From assembly GCA_038861545.1 (NCBI GenBank), contig JAWCCZ010000004.1, positions 128,001 through 192,000 of the forward strand: DNA of 64,000 nt, given 5' to 3'. The notes under the pieces are model-generated. The model searched no databases. It was not told the DNA's origin and worked only from the letters and a program-made list of their open reading frames with translations. Positions 40,547 through 51,094 of this stretch are shown here, piece by piece. A program made the position numbers and the translations under genes. Each line of letters begins with the position of its first letter. Position 1 is the stretch's first letter. Source of the stretch: Thermofilaceae archaeon (GTDB taxonomy: Archaea; Thermoproteota; Thermoprotei; Thermofilales; Thermofilaceae).

Positions 40547-40697
40547 ACACTAGGATCCTAAAAATCACTCTTTTACTTTAAATTCCCTAAACTGTGGCGC
40601 CGATAATCCTTTATGAGCGTTCCTAACACTCCTCTTGCATTCATGATGAATCGTCAGAACTCTTTAAAGCGTCACTATAATTAACCCTAGAGAGAAG

Positions 40698-41495
40698 ATG
40701 TATTTAATAGCCCGTGTGGAAAAAGTTTCTAAGTTATGTGAGAACGTTAATGAATATTTGCTTAGGCTCACGAAGAAACTCGGTTCCACACCAGGCCAGT
40801 TTGTTATGGTTTGGATACCGCGTGTAGGTGAAATACCGGTGAGTGTTGCATGGGAAAACGACACTCTTCTTAGACTTATAATAGCTAGAAAGGGAGCTGT
40901 GACAAACTACATACACGATAACATTGGTGAAGGTAATAGGTTTTTCTTACGAGGACCTTTAGGAAAAGGGTTTGAGATCGTACGAGGCAAAGTGTTAATC
41001 GTGGCGGGGGGTTATGGAGCGGCCCCTATGCTCTATCTGGCTTCAACGCTTAGAAAAACCGGTTCACAGGTAACCGTAGCCCTGGGGTTCCGAGAGAATA
41101 GTAATGTTATGCTAGTAAAGGAATTCGAGAAGTTAGCAGATCAAGTGTTTGTGGCTACGGAAGATGGAAGTGTGGGATTTAAAGGCCAGCTGAGCAACTT
41201 GGTTTCCAGTATTTTATCAAGCTCTCATTACGACATAGTATACACCTGTGGTAAGGAACAAATGATTGAATGTGTTGTCCATATGGCTATAAAGGCTGGA
41301 ATCAAAGTGCAGGCCTCCCTGGAAAGGTTGATGAAGTGCGGTATAGGGATATGCGGTTCATGCGCTTTAGAACCGCAGGGTCTTCTGGTCTGCCGGGATG
41401 GGCCTGTTTTTAACGGCCACGAGCTTATTCAGCTTGACGATTTTGGAAAGTGGTGGTGGAATGCATCTGGAAAGAGAATTCCGCTCCCCACGTAG
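40698..41495 (+). CDS. pyrK: Dihydroorotate dehydrogenase electron transfer subunit
   Basis: PGQFVMVW, RGPLGKGF, MKCGIGICGSC, CRDGPVF. Confidence 0.93.
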   Translation: MYLIARVEKVSKLCENVNEYLLRLTKKLGSTPGQFVMVWIPRVGEIPVSVAWENDTLLRLIIARKGAVTNYIHDNIGEGNRFFLRGPLGKGFEIVRGKVLIVAGGYGAAPMLYLASTLRKTGSQVTVALGFRENSNVMLVKEFEKLADQVFVATEDGSVGFKGQLSNLVSSILSSSHYDIVYTCGKEQMIECVVHMAIKAGIKVQASLERLMKCGIGICGSCALEPQGLLVCRDGPVFNGHELIQLDDFGKWWWNASGKRIPLPT

Positions 41496-42813
41496 CTTAG
41501 ACCTTATCATTTCAGGAAAGATCTATGTTGAAGGTAGATTAATTGATGCAGCTATCGGCGTTGAGGGAGGAAAAATAGCGTGGATAGGTAAATCATCATG
41601 TGCACCCTTCGCGGAGAAGGTAGTCCGAGCGGATGAGAAAACTCTCATACTGCCGGGGATGGTTGACATGCATGTTCATATGAGGGATCTAGACGAGTCT
41701 GATAAAGAAGACTGGTACACCGGTACACTATCTGCACTGATCGGCGGCGTAACGTTTATTGCTGACATGCCGAACAATCAACCACCTGCACGTAACTTAG
41801 AAGTCTTGAAGATGAAGGAAGAAGTGGCTAGCAAAAGGGCTTTAGTAGACTATGGTTTTTACGCTGGAGTGCCACTCCAAAGCAGGGAACTAGAGCGCAT
41901 GTCTACTTTCGGATTAATTGGATTAAAAGTTTACCCAGAAGATCAACTACATAAGGAGCTTATAGATATACTTAGAGAAGCTAAACGACTAGACCTTCTC
42001 ACAGTTGCCCATGCCGAAGACCCCTTAATATTGAACTTTGCCAGCAAACTTGAGAAAGGGGGCTTTGATAGACACTCGCTGATACGACCAGCTGAAGGCG
42101 AGGCGCTCGCAATACGTAGATTAGCTTTACTAGGCTCGAGAATAGGCTTTAGGCTACATTTAACTCATGTAAGCTCAGCAGCGGCTTTAAAAGCAGCAGT
42201 CGAAACAAAGATAAAAGTTGGGGCATCTATTGATACAGCTATTCATTATCTCCTCCTTGATTCAAGTTCTGCTAAGAAGTTTAAGGGCATAGCGAAGGTA
42301 AACCCACCACTTCGTGGAGAACATGATGTGAGGATAATCCGATGTGCTTTAAAGACCGGTATTATCGATGCTATTGTTACAGACCATGCCCCTCATAAAG
42401 TAGAGGAGAAGACCATTGAAAGTTATGAAAATGTTCCTGCGGGTTTTCCAGGTCTTGAGTTATGCCTGCCTCTGTTGACGACGCTTATAGCCCGTGGTGA
42501 AGTGCCCTTAAACACATTAGAGTTGTATTCAAGCCGTCCAGCAAAACTTCTCAGAGTGCCAAAAGGTCGAGTTGAAGTAGGCTTTGATGCGGATTTCGTG
42601 TTCATGAATTTAGGGGAAAAGTGGAGAATTAAAGGTAAGGATCTGAAAAGCAAAGCAAAGTATACCCCTTTCGAGGACTTTGAAGTGGTTGGAAGGATAA
42701 GAAAGGTTTTCGTAAGGGGAGTGCAAGCCCTTGAGGATGAGGATATACTGGTGAATAAAGGATATGGTAGAAGATACTGGTCTAAGAGTGAGATTGACTT
42801 CCTTGGAGCTTAA
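41461..42813 (+). CDS. pyrC: Dihydroorotase
   Basis: DMHVHMR, DMPN, KVNPPLR, TDHAPH; ATG 41461 follows GGTGGTGG. Confidence 0.9.
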   Translation: MHLEREFRSPRSLDLIISGKIYVEGRLIDAAIGVEGGKIAWIGKSSCAPFAEKVVRADEKTLILPGMVDMHVHMRDLDESDKEDWYTGTLSALIGGVTFIADMPNNQPPARNLEVLKMKEEVASKRALVDYGFYAGVPLQSRELERMSTFGLIGLKVYPEDQLHKELIDILREAKRLDLLTVAHAEDPLILNFASKLEKGGFDRHSLIRPAEGEALAIRRLALLGSRIGFRLHLTHVSSAAALKAAVETKIKVGASIDTAIHYLLLDSSSAKKFKGIAKVNPPLRGEHDVRIIRCALKTGIIDAIVTDHAPHKVEEKTIESYENVPAGFPGLELCLPLLTTLIARGEVPLNTLELYSSRPAKLLRVPKGRVEVGFDADFVFMNLGEKWRIKGKDLKSKAKYTPFEDFEVVGRIRKVFVRGVQALEDEDILVNKGYGRRYWSKSEIDFLGA

Positions 42814-43675
42814 AAATCCTCTTATAGTCGCTTCAGGAGTTCTCGGGGTCAGTGTAGGTCTTATGAAAAGGGTTGAAGAAGCTGGCGCAGCTGCTGTGAC
42901 TACAAAGACTGTAACTTTGAAAGAAAGAATAGGTCACTCGAATCCGGTGATCTATGAACTGGAATATGGATTGTTGAACTCGATGGGATTGCCAAATCCA
43001 GGCGCCCTTGAGATGGGTTTAATAATACGCGAGGCGAAGAAAATGCTGAGAATCCCAGTAATAGCCAGTATCGGAGCAACTGCTCCAGATGAGGCTGTAA
43101 AAATGGCCGAATATTTACTAGGAGTTGACGCGATTGAGCTTAATGCTTCATGCCCGCATACGAAAGGTTACGGTATTGATGTAATGTCCGATCCCAGCTT
43201 AATATCAGAAATAGTGTCAGCGTTAAAGAGTTTCTCTCTTCCAGTGTTTGTTAAGCTCTCCGTTCACGGTGACCTGAGACTAGTTGCAAGCAAGGCTCTC
43301 GATGCCGGAGCTGATGCACTAGTAGCTATAAACACGCTTAAGGGGATGGCTATCAACGTGTGGGCGAAAAAGCCGGTACTAGGCGGAGTTTATGGGGGTT
43401 TATCCGGTCCAGCGATCCACCCGGTTGCCGTTCGAGCCGTATACGAGCTTTACGAGGAATTTCCTGGCTTTCCGATAATCGGCGTGGGAGGTGTTGAAAA
43501 CTGGAAGGACGCCGTCGAGCTCATGCTAGCGGGCGCATCAGCAATAGGCGTGGCATCAGCACTTAGACGGGGATTCGAAATAATAGGCTCAATTATAAAA
43601 GGTATGAAGAATTACCTGATCAGCGAAGGTTTCTCCAGCATAAAAGAGATAGTAGGCTTAGCTCACCGCTGCTAA
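42764..43675 (+). CDS. pyrD: Dihydroorotate dehydrogenase catalytic subunit
   Basis: NSMGLPNPG, NASCPH, INT, GGLSG. Confidence 0.95.
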   Translation: MVEDTGLRVRLTSLELKNPLIVASGVLGVSVGLMKRVEEAGAAAVTTKTVTLKERIGHSNPVIYELEYGLLNSMGLPNPGALEMGLIIREAKKMLRIPVIASIGATAPDEAVKMAEYLLGVDAIELNASCPHTKGYGIDVMSDPSLISEIVSALKSFSLPVFVKLSVHGDLRLVASKALDAGADALVAINTLKGMAINVWAKKPVLGGVYGGLSGPAIHPVAVRAVYELYEEFPGFPIIGVGGVENWKDAVELMLAGASAIGVASALRRGFEIIGSIIKGMKNYLISEGFSSIKEIVGLAHRC

Positions 43676-46317
43676 AGCGTATGCATTTCAGAAAACATTT
43701 TCATTAACCGCTCGTGGAACTTAGCCATCATTAGCCTCTTATCCTCCATAAGGACAACGTCACTGAGCCCCTCTAGCACAATGTTGTAAGCAAAAGGCGA
43801 AGGAACTTTCAACTCTGGTGTCTCGATGAGCCTTATCTTTCCGTTCTCGATTTGTCGTAGGACTTCCCTTGCGTGCTCTAGATCCATGTAATCTTCCAGT
43901 ACCTCTCTGTACGTCTCCTTAAGCACTGGAAAGTCATCGCCGAGCTCTCTTACAACCTTTAGCAGCGTCTGTGCGTTCATTTGCTGTCTCTCTACGCTTA
44001 TTTCGTGACCCTTATAATTCCGGAGAATCATTAATGCCCTCGTAGCAACATGCCTGAATCTTCTTCTTATAAGCTCAGTATTAGTGATAGATTTTTTCAG
44101 TAAATCCTCAACTTCGTTGCCCTTTATGTTGCTTAATGTCACTGGAGGTTTAACTCCAGGTGGATATATGATAGCGAAACCATTGTCGTGTACAGCTACT
44201 CCAACATTAACACCGATTTTAACTGTGGCCAAGTAGGCAAGCGCGTGGGAAAGAGCATCGTTCGTCCTACGACCATAAAGGGCATGAAAAACATGGTGGA
44301 ATCTTCCCTCTTCATCGATGTACTTTTCGGCTAGGATTACCCTGTGAGAAGGGTGTTCGTTTACGCTGATTGCTTTAAGGAAATTCATCATTTCCAGAAA
44401 ATATTCGTAAATGGCTTCTGCTGCTATTTCATTGGCGTGACAGTTCTTAGCGATATATTTGACTATTCTTTCCTTTGGAATGCCTTCCTTAAGCCACTTG
44501 AATATTTTATCCCTGAATTCTCCAATTTTAACAGCTAAATCGTAGCTTAATGGAAGCATTTCTGAAAACCAGCTCGGTACCGTGGGTTTCATGTCGTAGG
44601 CCGGCTTGACCAATACACGGTTTCCTTCAGAACTAATAAACTCATACACTCTGCCTCCCAATACAAACCGATCACCGGGGACTAGTCTCTCGAGAAATTC
44701 CTCTTCAATGTTGCCAACGTACTTGCCTCCTGTAGTGTGAACCTTTATATTGACTTCCTCCGGTATAGTACCCACATTTAAAGTGTAAATAACTCTGGCG
44801 AACTTCCCCCTTCTACCAAATACTCCTTCGTTTTCATCGAACCATATTTTCCCATAGACTTTATGGTTCTCTAAATTCGAATAATTTCCTGAAAGATACC
44901 TAAGTGTTCTAATAAAATCATCTTTAGAAATATTTCTATAACAATAACTACGCTTTATTAGATTAAATGCTTCATCAACTTGCCATTTTCGTTCTATAGC
45001 CATACCTACAATCTGTTGCGCTAATACGTCAAGGCAGTTTTGAGGAATGTGCACTCTATCTAGGTGGTTTTTGTACGCTTCTTTAACCATAACCGCTACT
45101 TCTACTAAATCATCCCTGTCAACGCAAACCATCCTCCCCCTAATTACATCATGCAGTCTATGCCCGCTGCGTCCTATGCGTTGCAAACACCTTGTTACCG
45201 ATTTTGGCGAACCTAACTGTATGACAACGTCTATATAACCAATGTCTATCCCGAGTTCAAGAGACGTAGAACTTACTACTGCCTTTAACTGTCCAGCTTT
45301 CAGTTTATCTTCAACTTCATGTCTGACTAGCTTAGATAAGGAGCCATGGTGAGCCATTACCTGTGATTCATCAAAACCACCCTTCTCTTTAGCAATCATT
45401 TTTAGATGAAAAACTACTCTTTCAGTACCACTACGCGTATTGGTGAAAACTAGCGAAGTTTTATATTTTTTGACTAGATCATAAAGCAGTTCATACATCT
45501 CTGCTTGCAGAATATTTGAGGGGGTGTGCACCAAGCCAGGGATTGGGCAAAGAACCTTGATGTCCTTTCTTTTCATGTATCTAGCGTCAACTATTATGCA
45601 ATCTCTCGGCCGCCCGTCGTCATTGTAACCTACCAGGAAGAGCGCAACTTCTTCTAGAGGGTTTATAGTCGCGGAAAGCCCTATGCGCGTGAATGAATGT
45701 GTAACTAATTCTTGAAGGCGTTCTAAGCTTAAAGCCAGGTGGACACCTCTTTTGCTTTCAGCTAGGCTGTGTACTTCGTCTACGATCATCCATTCAACTC
45801 CTTTCAGTTTCTCCTTAAACCTTGGCGCTACAAGCGTTATGGCTAAAGTCTCCGGTGTAGTAATCAATATGTGAGGAGGTTTCCTAAGCATTTTCTGCCT
45901 ATCATTAGAGGGCGTATCCCCAGTTCTAACCGCATGCCTAATCTCGGGTAGCTTAACCCCTTCTTCCTCAGCCAGTTTCCTTATCTCGCTCAGCGGCTCC
46001 TCAAGGTTCCTAAAGATATCATTGTTCAAAGCTCTCAAGGGGGATACATAAACTGCATAAACCTCATCTTCAAGTTTTCCTTCCAGCGCTAGTTTGATGA
46101 GCTCACTTATCACAACAAGAAACGCCGTCAAAGTTTTCCCTGTGCCGGTAGGACTTGATATTAACACGTTTTTCCGCGAGTAGATTGGAAGTATGCCGAG
46201 CCTTTGGGGGGGCGTTAAATCCTTATACCTTCGGGAAAACCACTCAGCTACAAGCGGATGAAGTAATCTCAGAACCTCCTCTTTAGTATACTCTTTTGTA
46301 GCGTAACTGATCATCAC
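43672..46317 (-). CDS. lhr: Lhr-like ATP-dependent helicase
   Basis: PTGTGKT, DEVH, SLELGIDIG, QRIGRSGH, PSWFSE. Confidence 0.92.
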   Translation of the reverse strand: MMISYATKEYTKEEVLRLLHPLVAEWFSRRYKDLTPPQRLGILPIYSRKNVLISSPTGTGKTLTAFLVVISELIKLALEGKLEDEVYAVYVSPLRALNNDIFRNLEEPLSEIRKLAEEEGVKLPEIRHAVRTGDTPSNDRQKMLRKPPHILITTPETLAITLVAPRFKEKLKGVEWMIVDEVHSLAESKRGVHLALSLERLQELVTHSFTRIGLSATINPLEEVALFLVGYNDDGRPRDCIIVDARYMKRKDIKVLCPIPGLVHTPSNILQAEMYELLYDLVKKYKTSLVFTNTRSGTERVVFHLKMIAKEKGGFDESQVMAHHGSLSKLVRHEVEDKLKAGQLKAVVSSTSLELGIDIGYIDVVIQLGSPKSVTRCLQRIGRSGHRLHDVIRGRMVCVDRDDLVEVAVMVKEAYKNHLDRVHIPQNCLDVLAQQIVGMAIERKWQVDEAFNLIKRSYCYRNISKDDFIRTLRYLSGNYSNLENHKVYGKIWFDENEGVFGRRGKFARVIYTLNVGTIPEEVNIKVHTTGGKYVGNIEEEFLERLVPGDRFVLGGRVYEFISSEGNRVLVKPAYDMKPTVPSWFSEMLPLSYDLAVKIGEFRDKIFKWLKEGIPKERIVKYIAKNCHANEIAAEAIYEYFLEMMNFLKAISVNEHPSHRVILAEKYIDEEGRFHHVFHALYGRRTNDALSHALAYLATVKIGVNVGVAVHDNGFAIIYPPGVKPPVTLSNIKGNEVEDLLKKSITNTELIRRRFRHVATRALMILRNYKGHEISVERQQMNAQTLLKVVRELGDDFPVLKETYREVLEDYMDLEHAREVLRQIENGKIRLIETPELKVPSPFAYNIVLEGLSDVVLMEDKRLMMAKFHERLMKMFSEMHTL

Positions 46318-46425
46318 TCAGCTTCTAGCAAGCTAATCCCTTTAAAAAGTATCTGTTAAAATAAAAAACTGAAGGCATAAATTAAATTATTCAAAGTTTA
46401 TATAATTTTAATTAACTTTATGTTC

Positions 46426-46965
46426 CTAAAATCTAGTTCTAGCGTAATTTACTAATCCTTCCTCACTAACTTTTCTGCCACATTTTTCAATGCTGTGCAG
46501 ACAAGAGCTCTCAAGCTTACGCGCGGCAGCTCTTATGCTACCACATTCGAGAAATACCTTAAGTATTTTCAGCTCCCCTGGTTCCAGCTTTAAATTCATA
46601 ATAGCTAAACTGGCCACTTCAACAGGGCTCTTATTGTAGTTCCAGCTGAATTCGGTTTCAGTACACAGCTGACCTACTTTTAATAGAGTGTTAGATCTAA
46701 CGTTTGGATAGTGCTGCCTTAAAGCCTTGATGAAGTCTTTATAACTGTCGAAGCTGTCGCGTAGAGCGCTTTCCTCGGTAAAATTGATGAACTTCTTACT
46801 CGTAGCTTCAATTACTCTGACTTTTCCGAGTACGAAAACTTCTCAACATACAAGTACTTCGTCGCCGACTCTATACTTGACATTATTTAACCTGATAGTT
46901 GTAAACCTTAGCCCCTCAAGTAAGTCCCTAAGGTATCTCTTAGAGAACGCTAAAGGACGCGGCAC
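46426..46965 (-). pseudogene. ASCH-domain plus HTH gene interrupted by in-frame TGA (46845-46843)
   Basis: MPRPLAFSKRYLRDLLEGLRFTTIRLNNVKYRVGDEVLVC*EVFVLGKVRV...ALRDSFDS...ALRQHYP continues in frame into the 63-aa ORF (GSIRAAARKL). Confidence 0.75.
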
Positions 46966-46991
46966 ATGTTTCAGTGTTTCTTAGATTAACT

Positions 46992-48026
46992 TTACCCTAT
47001 TGCCTTCTTGGCCAGTAATCGCATTAAAGCCTCCACTTGTGGCTTCAGTGGCTCAGGTATTTTTTTCACGCCCAGTTCGAGAAAACCTCGAACTAGAAGG
47101 GTCGTAGCCTCTTCTTCAGTGAAACCTTTAGACATTAGATACCCTAACTCCTCCTCTGATATTTTACCAATGGCAGCCTCATGCGTTAGTTGTGACCCGC
47201 CGCTAAGCGAGCGGAGAACGGGAACTGTCTCCACATAGGCGTCTGGAGCTACCTGTAGGCTACGACACTCTATATGTCCTCTCGTACCAGCTACTCTTGC
47301 CTCAATCTCCGCTGGTAAACTTATATAGCTCCCTCTACCGGCTACTATCCTAGACACTATTTCTCCTATGCTTCCCTCCTCTGCTAGAACTATGCTAGAG
47401 CTCAGTATGGATTTAGAATTAGAACCTGCGACGTAGATTGTTGAAATTGAAGCTGAGGCCCCTTTCTCCAGTTTAGCTCTAGTTGTTGAAGAAATAGTTG
47501 TTGGAGACCTGAGACACGTATACAAATAATCGTAGTTGGAATCCCTTTCGGCAATAACCCCTTTTTCTGCTACCACTTCAGTCTCCTTCATCCAACTATG
47601 CGTCATAAAGTAATGCAACTTGGCACCATAACCCAAGAAAACCTCGGTATAACCCTCATGGGTTGTGCCGGAATTCACACTAGAGCAAGCTGAGGTCAAA
47701 GTGACTTCGCTACCCCTATCGACAACAATTATATTATGAACTTTTTGTGAACCTTCACTTACGACGAAACAGAGCGTTAAAGGTACGTAAATTTTTACGC
47801 CAGAAGGTATGTAAACAAAAGCTCCATTTTCTTTCATTTGTCTTTCTGGTAGAGCTGTCCAAAGTAGTTTCTTTACCCAATCTCGGTTAATGGCCTTGCT
47901 AAGCGGCTCCAAGATGAAACCTTTAGAAGCTAAGCTATCAGCTACTACCTGTCGTATAACTTCATAGTTTCTTTGCAAATATACCGCTGCACCCCCAGAT
48001 TTCAGTATCTCAGCTACAATGTTCAT
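46992..48026 (-). CDS. sufB: SufB/SufD (SmsB-like) Fe-S assembly protein
   Basis: QKVHNII, RGHIEC, LTHEAAIG, YLMSKG. Confidence 0.88.
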   Translation of the reverse strand: MNIVAEILKSGGAAVYLQRNYEVIRQVVADSLASKGFILEPLSKAINRDWVKKLLWTALPERQMKENGAFVYIPSGVKIYVPLTLCFVVSEGSQKVHNIIVVDRGSEVTLTSACSSVNSGTTHEGYTEVFLGYGAKLHYFMTHSWMKETEVVAEKGVIAERDSNYDYLYTCLRSPTTISSTTRAKLEKGASASISTIYVAGSNSKSILSSSIVLAEEGSIGEIVSRIVAGRGSYISLPAEIEARVAGTRGHIECRSLQVAPDAYVETVPVLRSLSGGSQLTHEAAIGKISEEELGYLMSKGFTEEEATTLLVRGFLELGVKKIPEPLKPQVEALMRLLAKKAIG

Positions 48027-48739
48027 ATACCGTCACCGCGAAAAACTCCATAGCCTTTTCTCTTTATGGTATCCAAGATATGAGTTAGATCCCCGCTCTC
48101 AACTATTCTACCGTCAATCATTACATGGGCAACATCTACGCGTCTCAGATGCTCAGTTATTAGCCCGGCATGTGTAACTAGTAGAATAGATGCTCCAATA
48201 TCAATTAAAGCATTGATTGATTTGCCGACAGTTTTAAGGCCCTCGAGATCCACGCCGCTATCTGGTTCATCGAGAAGCGCTAACCTAGGTCTCTGCAGAA
48301 GAACTAACGCCAGCTCTGCTCGCTTAGCTTCCCCTCCGCTAAACCCTCTGAAAAGTTCTCTCTCCATCAAGCCGTTAACTTGCAGGTCGGAGATCAGATC
48401 CAATGATGATCCAAACATTTTACATAACTCAGTAGCCAAGCTTGAGAACTTAACGCTTAAAGGCCTAAGGTGTTGATGCATTAAAGCTATTCCAATCCTA
48501 GCTTTTTCATAAGGCCTTAAGTCCATTAGATCTTGTCCATCAAAGATTATGCGTCCTTTTGTCACACGATATCCTGGCATTGAAACTATGGCTTTTAGCA
48601 ACGTACTTTTGCCGCTACCGTTAGGGCCTAACAAAACATGTATCTCGCCCGCTTCTACGCTTAAATCGACCCCCCTTAACACTTCCCGTTCGTCCACTTG
48701 AACATGTACATCTTCCAGCCTAAGCAACGGATAGTTCAC
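48023..48739 (-). CDS. sufC: SufC (SmsC-like) ABC ATPase
   Basis: GPNGSGKS, FSGGE, LDEPDSGVD. Confidence 0.9.
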   Translation of the reverse strand: MNYPLLRLEDVHVQVDEREVLRGVDLSVEAGEIHVLLGPNGSGKSTLLKAIVSMPGYRVTKGRIIFDGQDLMDLRPYEKARIGIALMHQHLRPLSVKFSSLATELCKMFGSSLDLISDLQVNGLMERELFRGFSGGEAKRAELALVLLQRPRLALLDEPDSGVDLEGLKTVGKSINALIDIGASILLVTHAGLITEHLRRVDVAHVMIDGRIVESGDLTHILDTIKRKGYGVFRGDGI

Positions 48740-48860
48740 ACCACTGGCATACTGATCATCTCTTTATGGTTTTCTTCTAACCTGCACTATAGTTTAATTT
48801 TTAATCTCAGGATAAACTTTAGAGAAGAACTTATAAGCTGCACGTGTAAAGATATCACTC

Positions 48861-48915
48861 AAATGATGACTCGAAACCCGGAACGACCGATGAAAGTGGC
48901 CGTCGCGACTGATTT
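48861..48915 (+). ncRNA. Candidate box C/D sRNA
   Basis: Perfect C box ATGATGA (48863-48869), internal ACGA/CCGATGA (D'/C'), D box CTGA (48909-48912), then a T-run. Confidence 0.7.
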
Positions 48916-48988
48916 TTCTAGCTGGCCACACCCTGCGTAGATGGTTACTATATAGCATAGACTTATAGGTATGCTTTCCTCGTGAGAT

Positions 48989-49240
48989 GTGAATCGTATG
49001 TCGGAAAAATTTGCGGTTAGCATTGAGAGAGAAACGTGTATAGCTGACGGAGCTTGTGTCGCGTTATGCCCAGAGATCTTTGAGTTAAACGAGAATGATG
49101 GAAGAGCTCAGATCACTAAGCAATGGCGTTTACTAGATGAAAAGCTTGGGGAAGGCATTATCCCTGAGCAATATGAGGAATGTGTTAGAGTAGCTGCCGA
49201 AGCATGTCCAGTACAAGTGATATCAGTTAAGTTAAGGTGA
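48989..49240 (+). CDS. Single-cluster ferredoxin with Asp ligand
   Basis: CIADGACVALCP ... AAEACPVQVI. Confidence 0.9.
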   Translation: MNRMSEKFAVSIERETCIADGACVALCPEIFELNENDGRAQITKQWRLLDEKLGEGIIPEQYEECVRVAAEACPVQVISVKLR

Positions 49241-49254
49241 TATCAGTTAAGTTA
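49217..49254 (+). repeat. 18-nt tandem direct repeat GTGATATCAGTTAAGTTA (20-nt period)
   Basis: Copies at 49217-49234 and 49237-49254. Confidence 0.9.
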
Positions 49255-49301
49255 GATAGAAAGTATATAATACAGCTGGACCTGAAACTCAGATTTTAAA
49301 A

Positions 49302-49949
49302 ATGTTTCCAATAAGTGATGAGGTTAAAAAGAAAACCACCCCAATTTTAACATATTTTTTAGTGCTAAGCAATGTTTCAGTATTCGCGTATTCGCTTATA
49401 CGAGGAATAGACGTATTCATTGATTCATATGGGTACAGGCCTATTTATCTAGGGCAATGCATACGATTAGAGACTTTACTTACTTCGCTTTTCCTTCACG
49501 GCGGCGTGGAACACCTTATAGGGAATCTGTTATTTCTATACGTTTTCGGTAGAAGTGTGGAGGACGAGATCACTCCACTACCCTTTATAACACTGTATTT
49601 GGTAAGCGGTTTAGCTGGTAACTTACTACATACAGCTTCCGTCTACTTACTATCACCATCTTTAACGGGGACTGAATTGACTAAGCCGGTTATCGGCGCC
49701 TCCGGTGCAATATCGGGGGTTTTGGGTGCTTACATCGTGCTTCATCCCCACGCGCGTATAAAGACCGTAGTCGTGTACTACTATTTACTTCTTTTACACA
49801 TTCCAGTCCGTTTTTATGTTTTAACTTGGTTTTTATATCAGCTTGCAATAGGCATCTTAAGCCTAGGCTTCCCTCTAGGCATCGCAGCTTGGGCTCACGT
49901 AGGTGGGTTCGCCGCTGGCGCTATGATTGGCACCCTGATTAAAAAGTAA
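49302..49949 (+). CDS. Rhomboid intramembrane serine protease
   Basis: FLHGGVEHLIGN, GASGA, AHVGG. Confidence 0.93.
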   Translation: MFPISDEVKKKTTPILTYFLVLSNVSVFAYSLIRGIDVFIDSYGYRPIYLGQCIRLETLLTSLFLHGGVEHLIGNLLFLYVFGRSVEDEITPLPFITLYLVSGLAGNLLHTASVYLLSPSLTGTELTKPVIGASGAISGVLGAYIVLHPHARIKTVVVYYYLLLLHIPVRFYVLTWFLYQLAIGILSLGFPLGIAAWAHVGGFAAGAMIGTLIKK

Positions 49950-49970
49950 AATAAATTAAGTTAGCAAGAG

Positions 49971-50798
49971 CTATAGCTGTAGGATCTCCCAGTTCCTGCC
50001 ATTATACAGAACTGCTTTGGGTTGCGTAGAAGGGTAATAACGGCACGAGAAAACCGATATTAATTTTCCATCAAAGTAAACATGTAAACCATTGGGAAAA
50101 TACTCGTGAGCCCTTGTGACAGTTTCCAGACCACTCTTCTCAAGGAAGCTCTCTAAAGCTACCCTTCCAAACAACTGTGAACCTCCGCCACGAGGGTTAG
50201 AGGCAAACGAGTCAATGCTCTCGTCCGGATCATTCCATAAAAGCTCAAATGCTCGCTTGTCTGATGGAAGGACATCACCTTTGACTAACCTTAGTACATC
50301 CCTTGCAGAATGTATACCCCTAGCTATACCCCCATGCACGGCAAAAACAGAAGAATTGATTATTGCGGCGTATGGCATAAGGGAGAAAAGTTTAGCATAC
50401 AATTCATATATTTCTGAGCCGTACTCTTGAACTATTTCCCAGTAAAAACCGTACTCGTAATTCATTAAAGGTGATTCGTGGTTACCCCTCAATAGAATCA
50501 CTTTCTCGGGTTCCTCTGTTTTCCTTGAAAGCAGAAAATTGATGTTAGCGGCCTGGTAAGGCCCCCTATCCACATAATCGCCCAAAAATAAATACACATC
50601 TGCTTCCATTTTAAAAGCTGCAACCGATGAAATGACATCCCCGTGAGTATCGCCTACCACGAGCACCCTTCCTTTAAGATCTATTAACTGCTTCTCGCCT
50701 TCAAGCACTGAAAACGCATTTTCTAGTAGTTCAACTAGTTCATTAAGCTTCATCTTTGAAAACTCCTTTAACACGTTAATGTGCACGCTACCCGCCAA
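49971..50798 (-). CDS. PPP-family Ser/Thr protein phosphatase
   Basis: GDTHG, GDYVDRG, RGNHE, HGG, LWNDP, RAHE. Confidence 0.92.
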   Translation of the reverse strand: MAGSVHINVLKEFSKMKLNELVELLENAFSVLEGEKQLIDLKGRVLVVGDTHGDVISSVAAFKMEADVYLFLGDYVDRGPYQAANINFLLSRKTEEPEKVILLRGNHESPLMNYEYGFYWEIVQEYGSEIYELYAKLFSLMPYAAIINSSVFAVHGGIARGIHSARDVLRLVKGDVLPSDKRAFELLWNDPDESIDSFASNPRGGGSQLFGRVALESFLEKSGLETVTRAHEYFPNGLHVYFDGKLISVFSCRYYPSTQPKAVLYNGRNWEILQL

Positions 50799-51030
50799 GA
50801 GGGTTCCCGCGGCAGTGAACTATGCCTTTAACACGTCTAACAAAGTTGGGACAAAAATAGCATTGAATAAAAGACACAGGCTTTCCTAAAACTGGACACT
50901 CAACGATTTCACGTTTCATTTTTGAAATAAGCTTCGGAGAAATGCCGGTTAACTTCCCCTTTAACTCGTTTGAGATTTTTATTGGCTTATCGGTTTCTCT
51001 TACCTGTATCTCATACTTATGGTCTAGCAT
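50788..51030 (-). CDS. Small Cys-rich hypothetical protein
   Basis: VECPV...FIQCYFCPNF...HCRG. Confidence 0.7.
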   Translation of the reverse strand: MLDHKYEIQVRETDKPIKISNELKGKLTGISPKLISKMKREIVECPVLGKPVSFIQCYFCPNFVRRVKGIVHCRGNPLGG

Positions 51031-51094
51031 TCTCCTCCAAGAAAAGGCTGAGTAATAGAGAAGTATAAATATGGTGTTATAGAAAGTTCGTTAG

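Noticed and set aside
40547-40697. ATGATGA box or regulatory RNA upstream of pyrK
   Set aside because: No properly spaced D box and no stable structure seen
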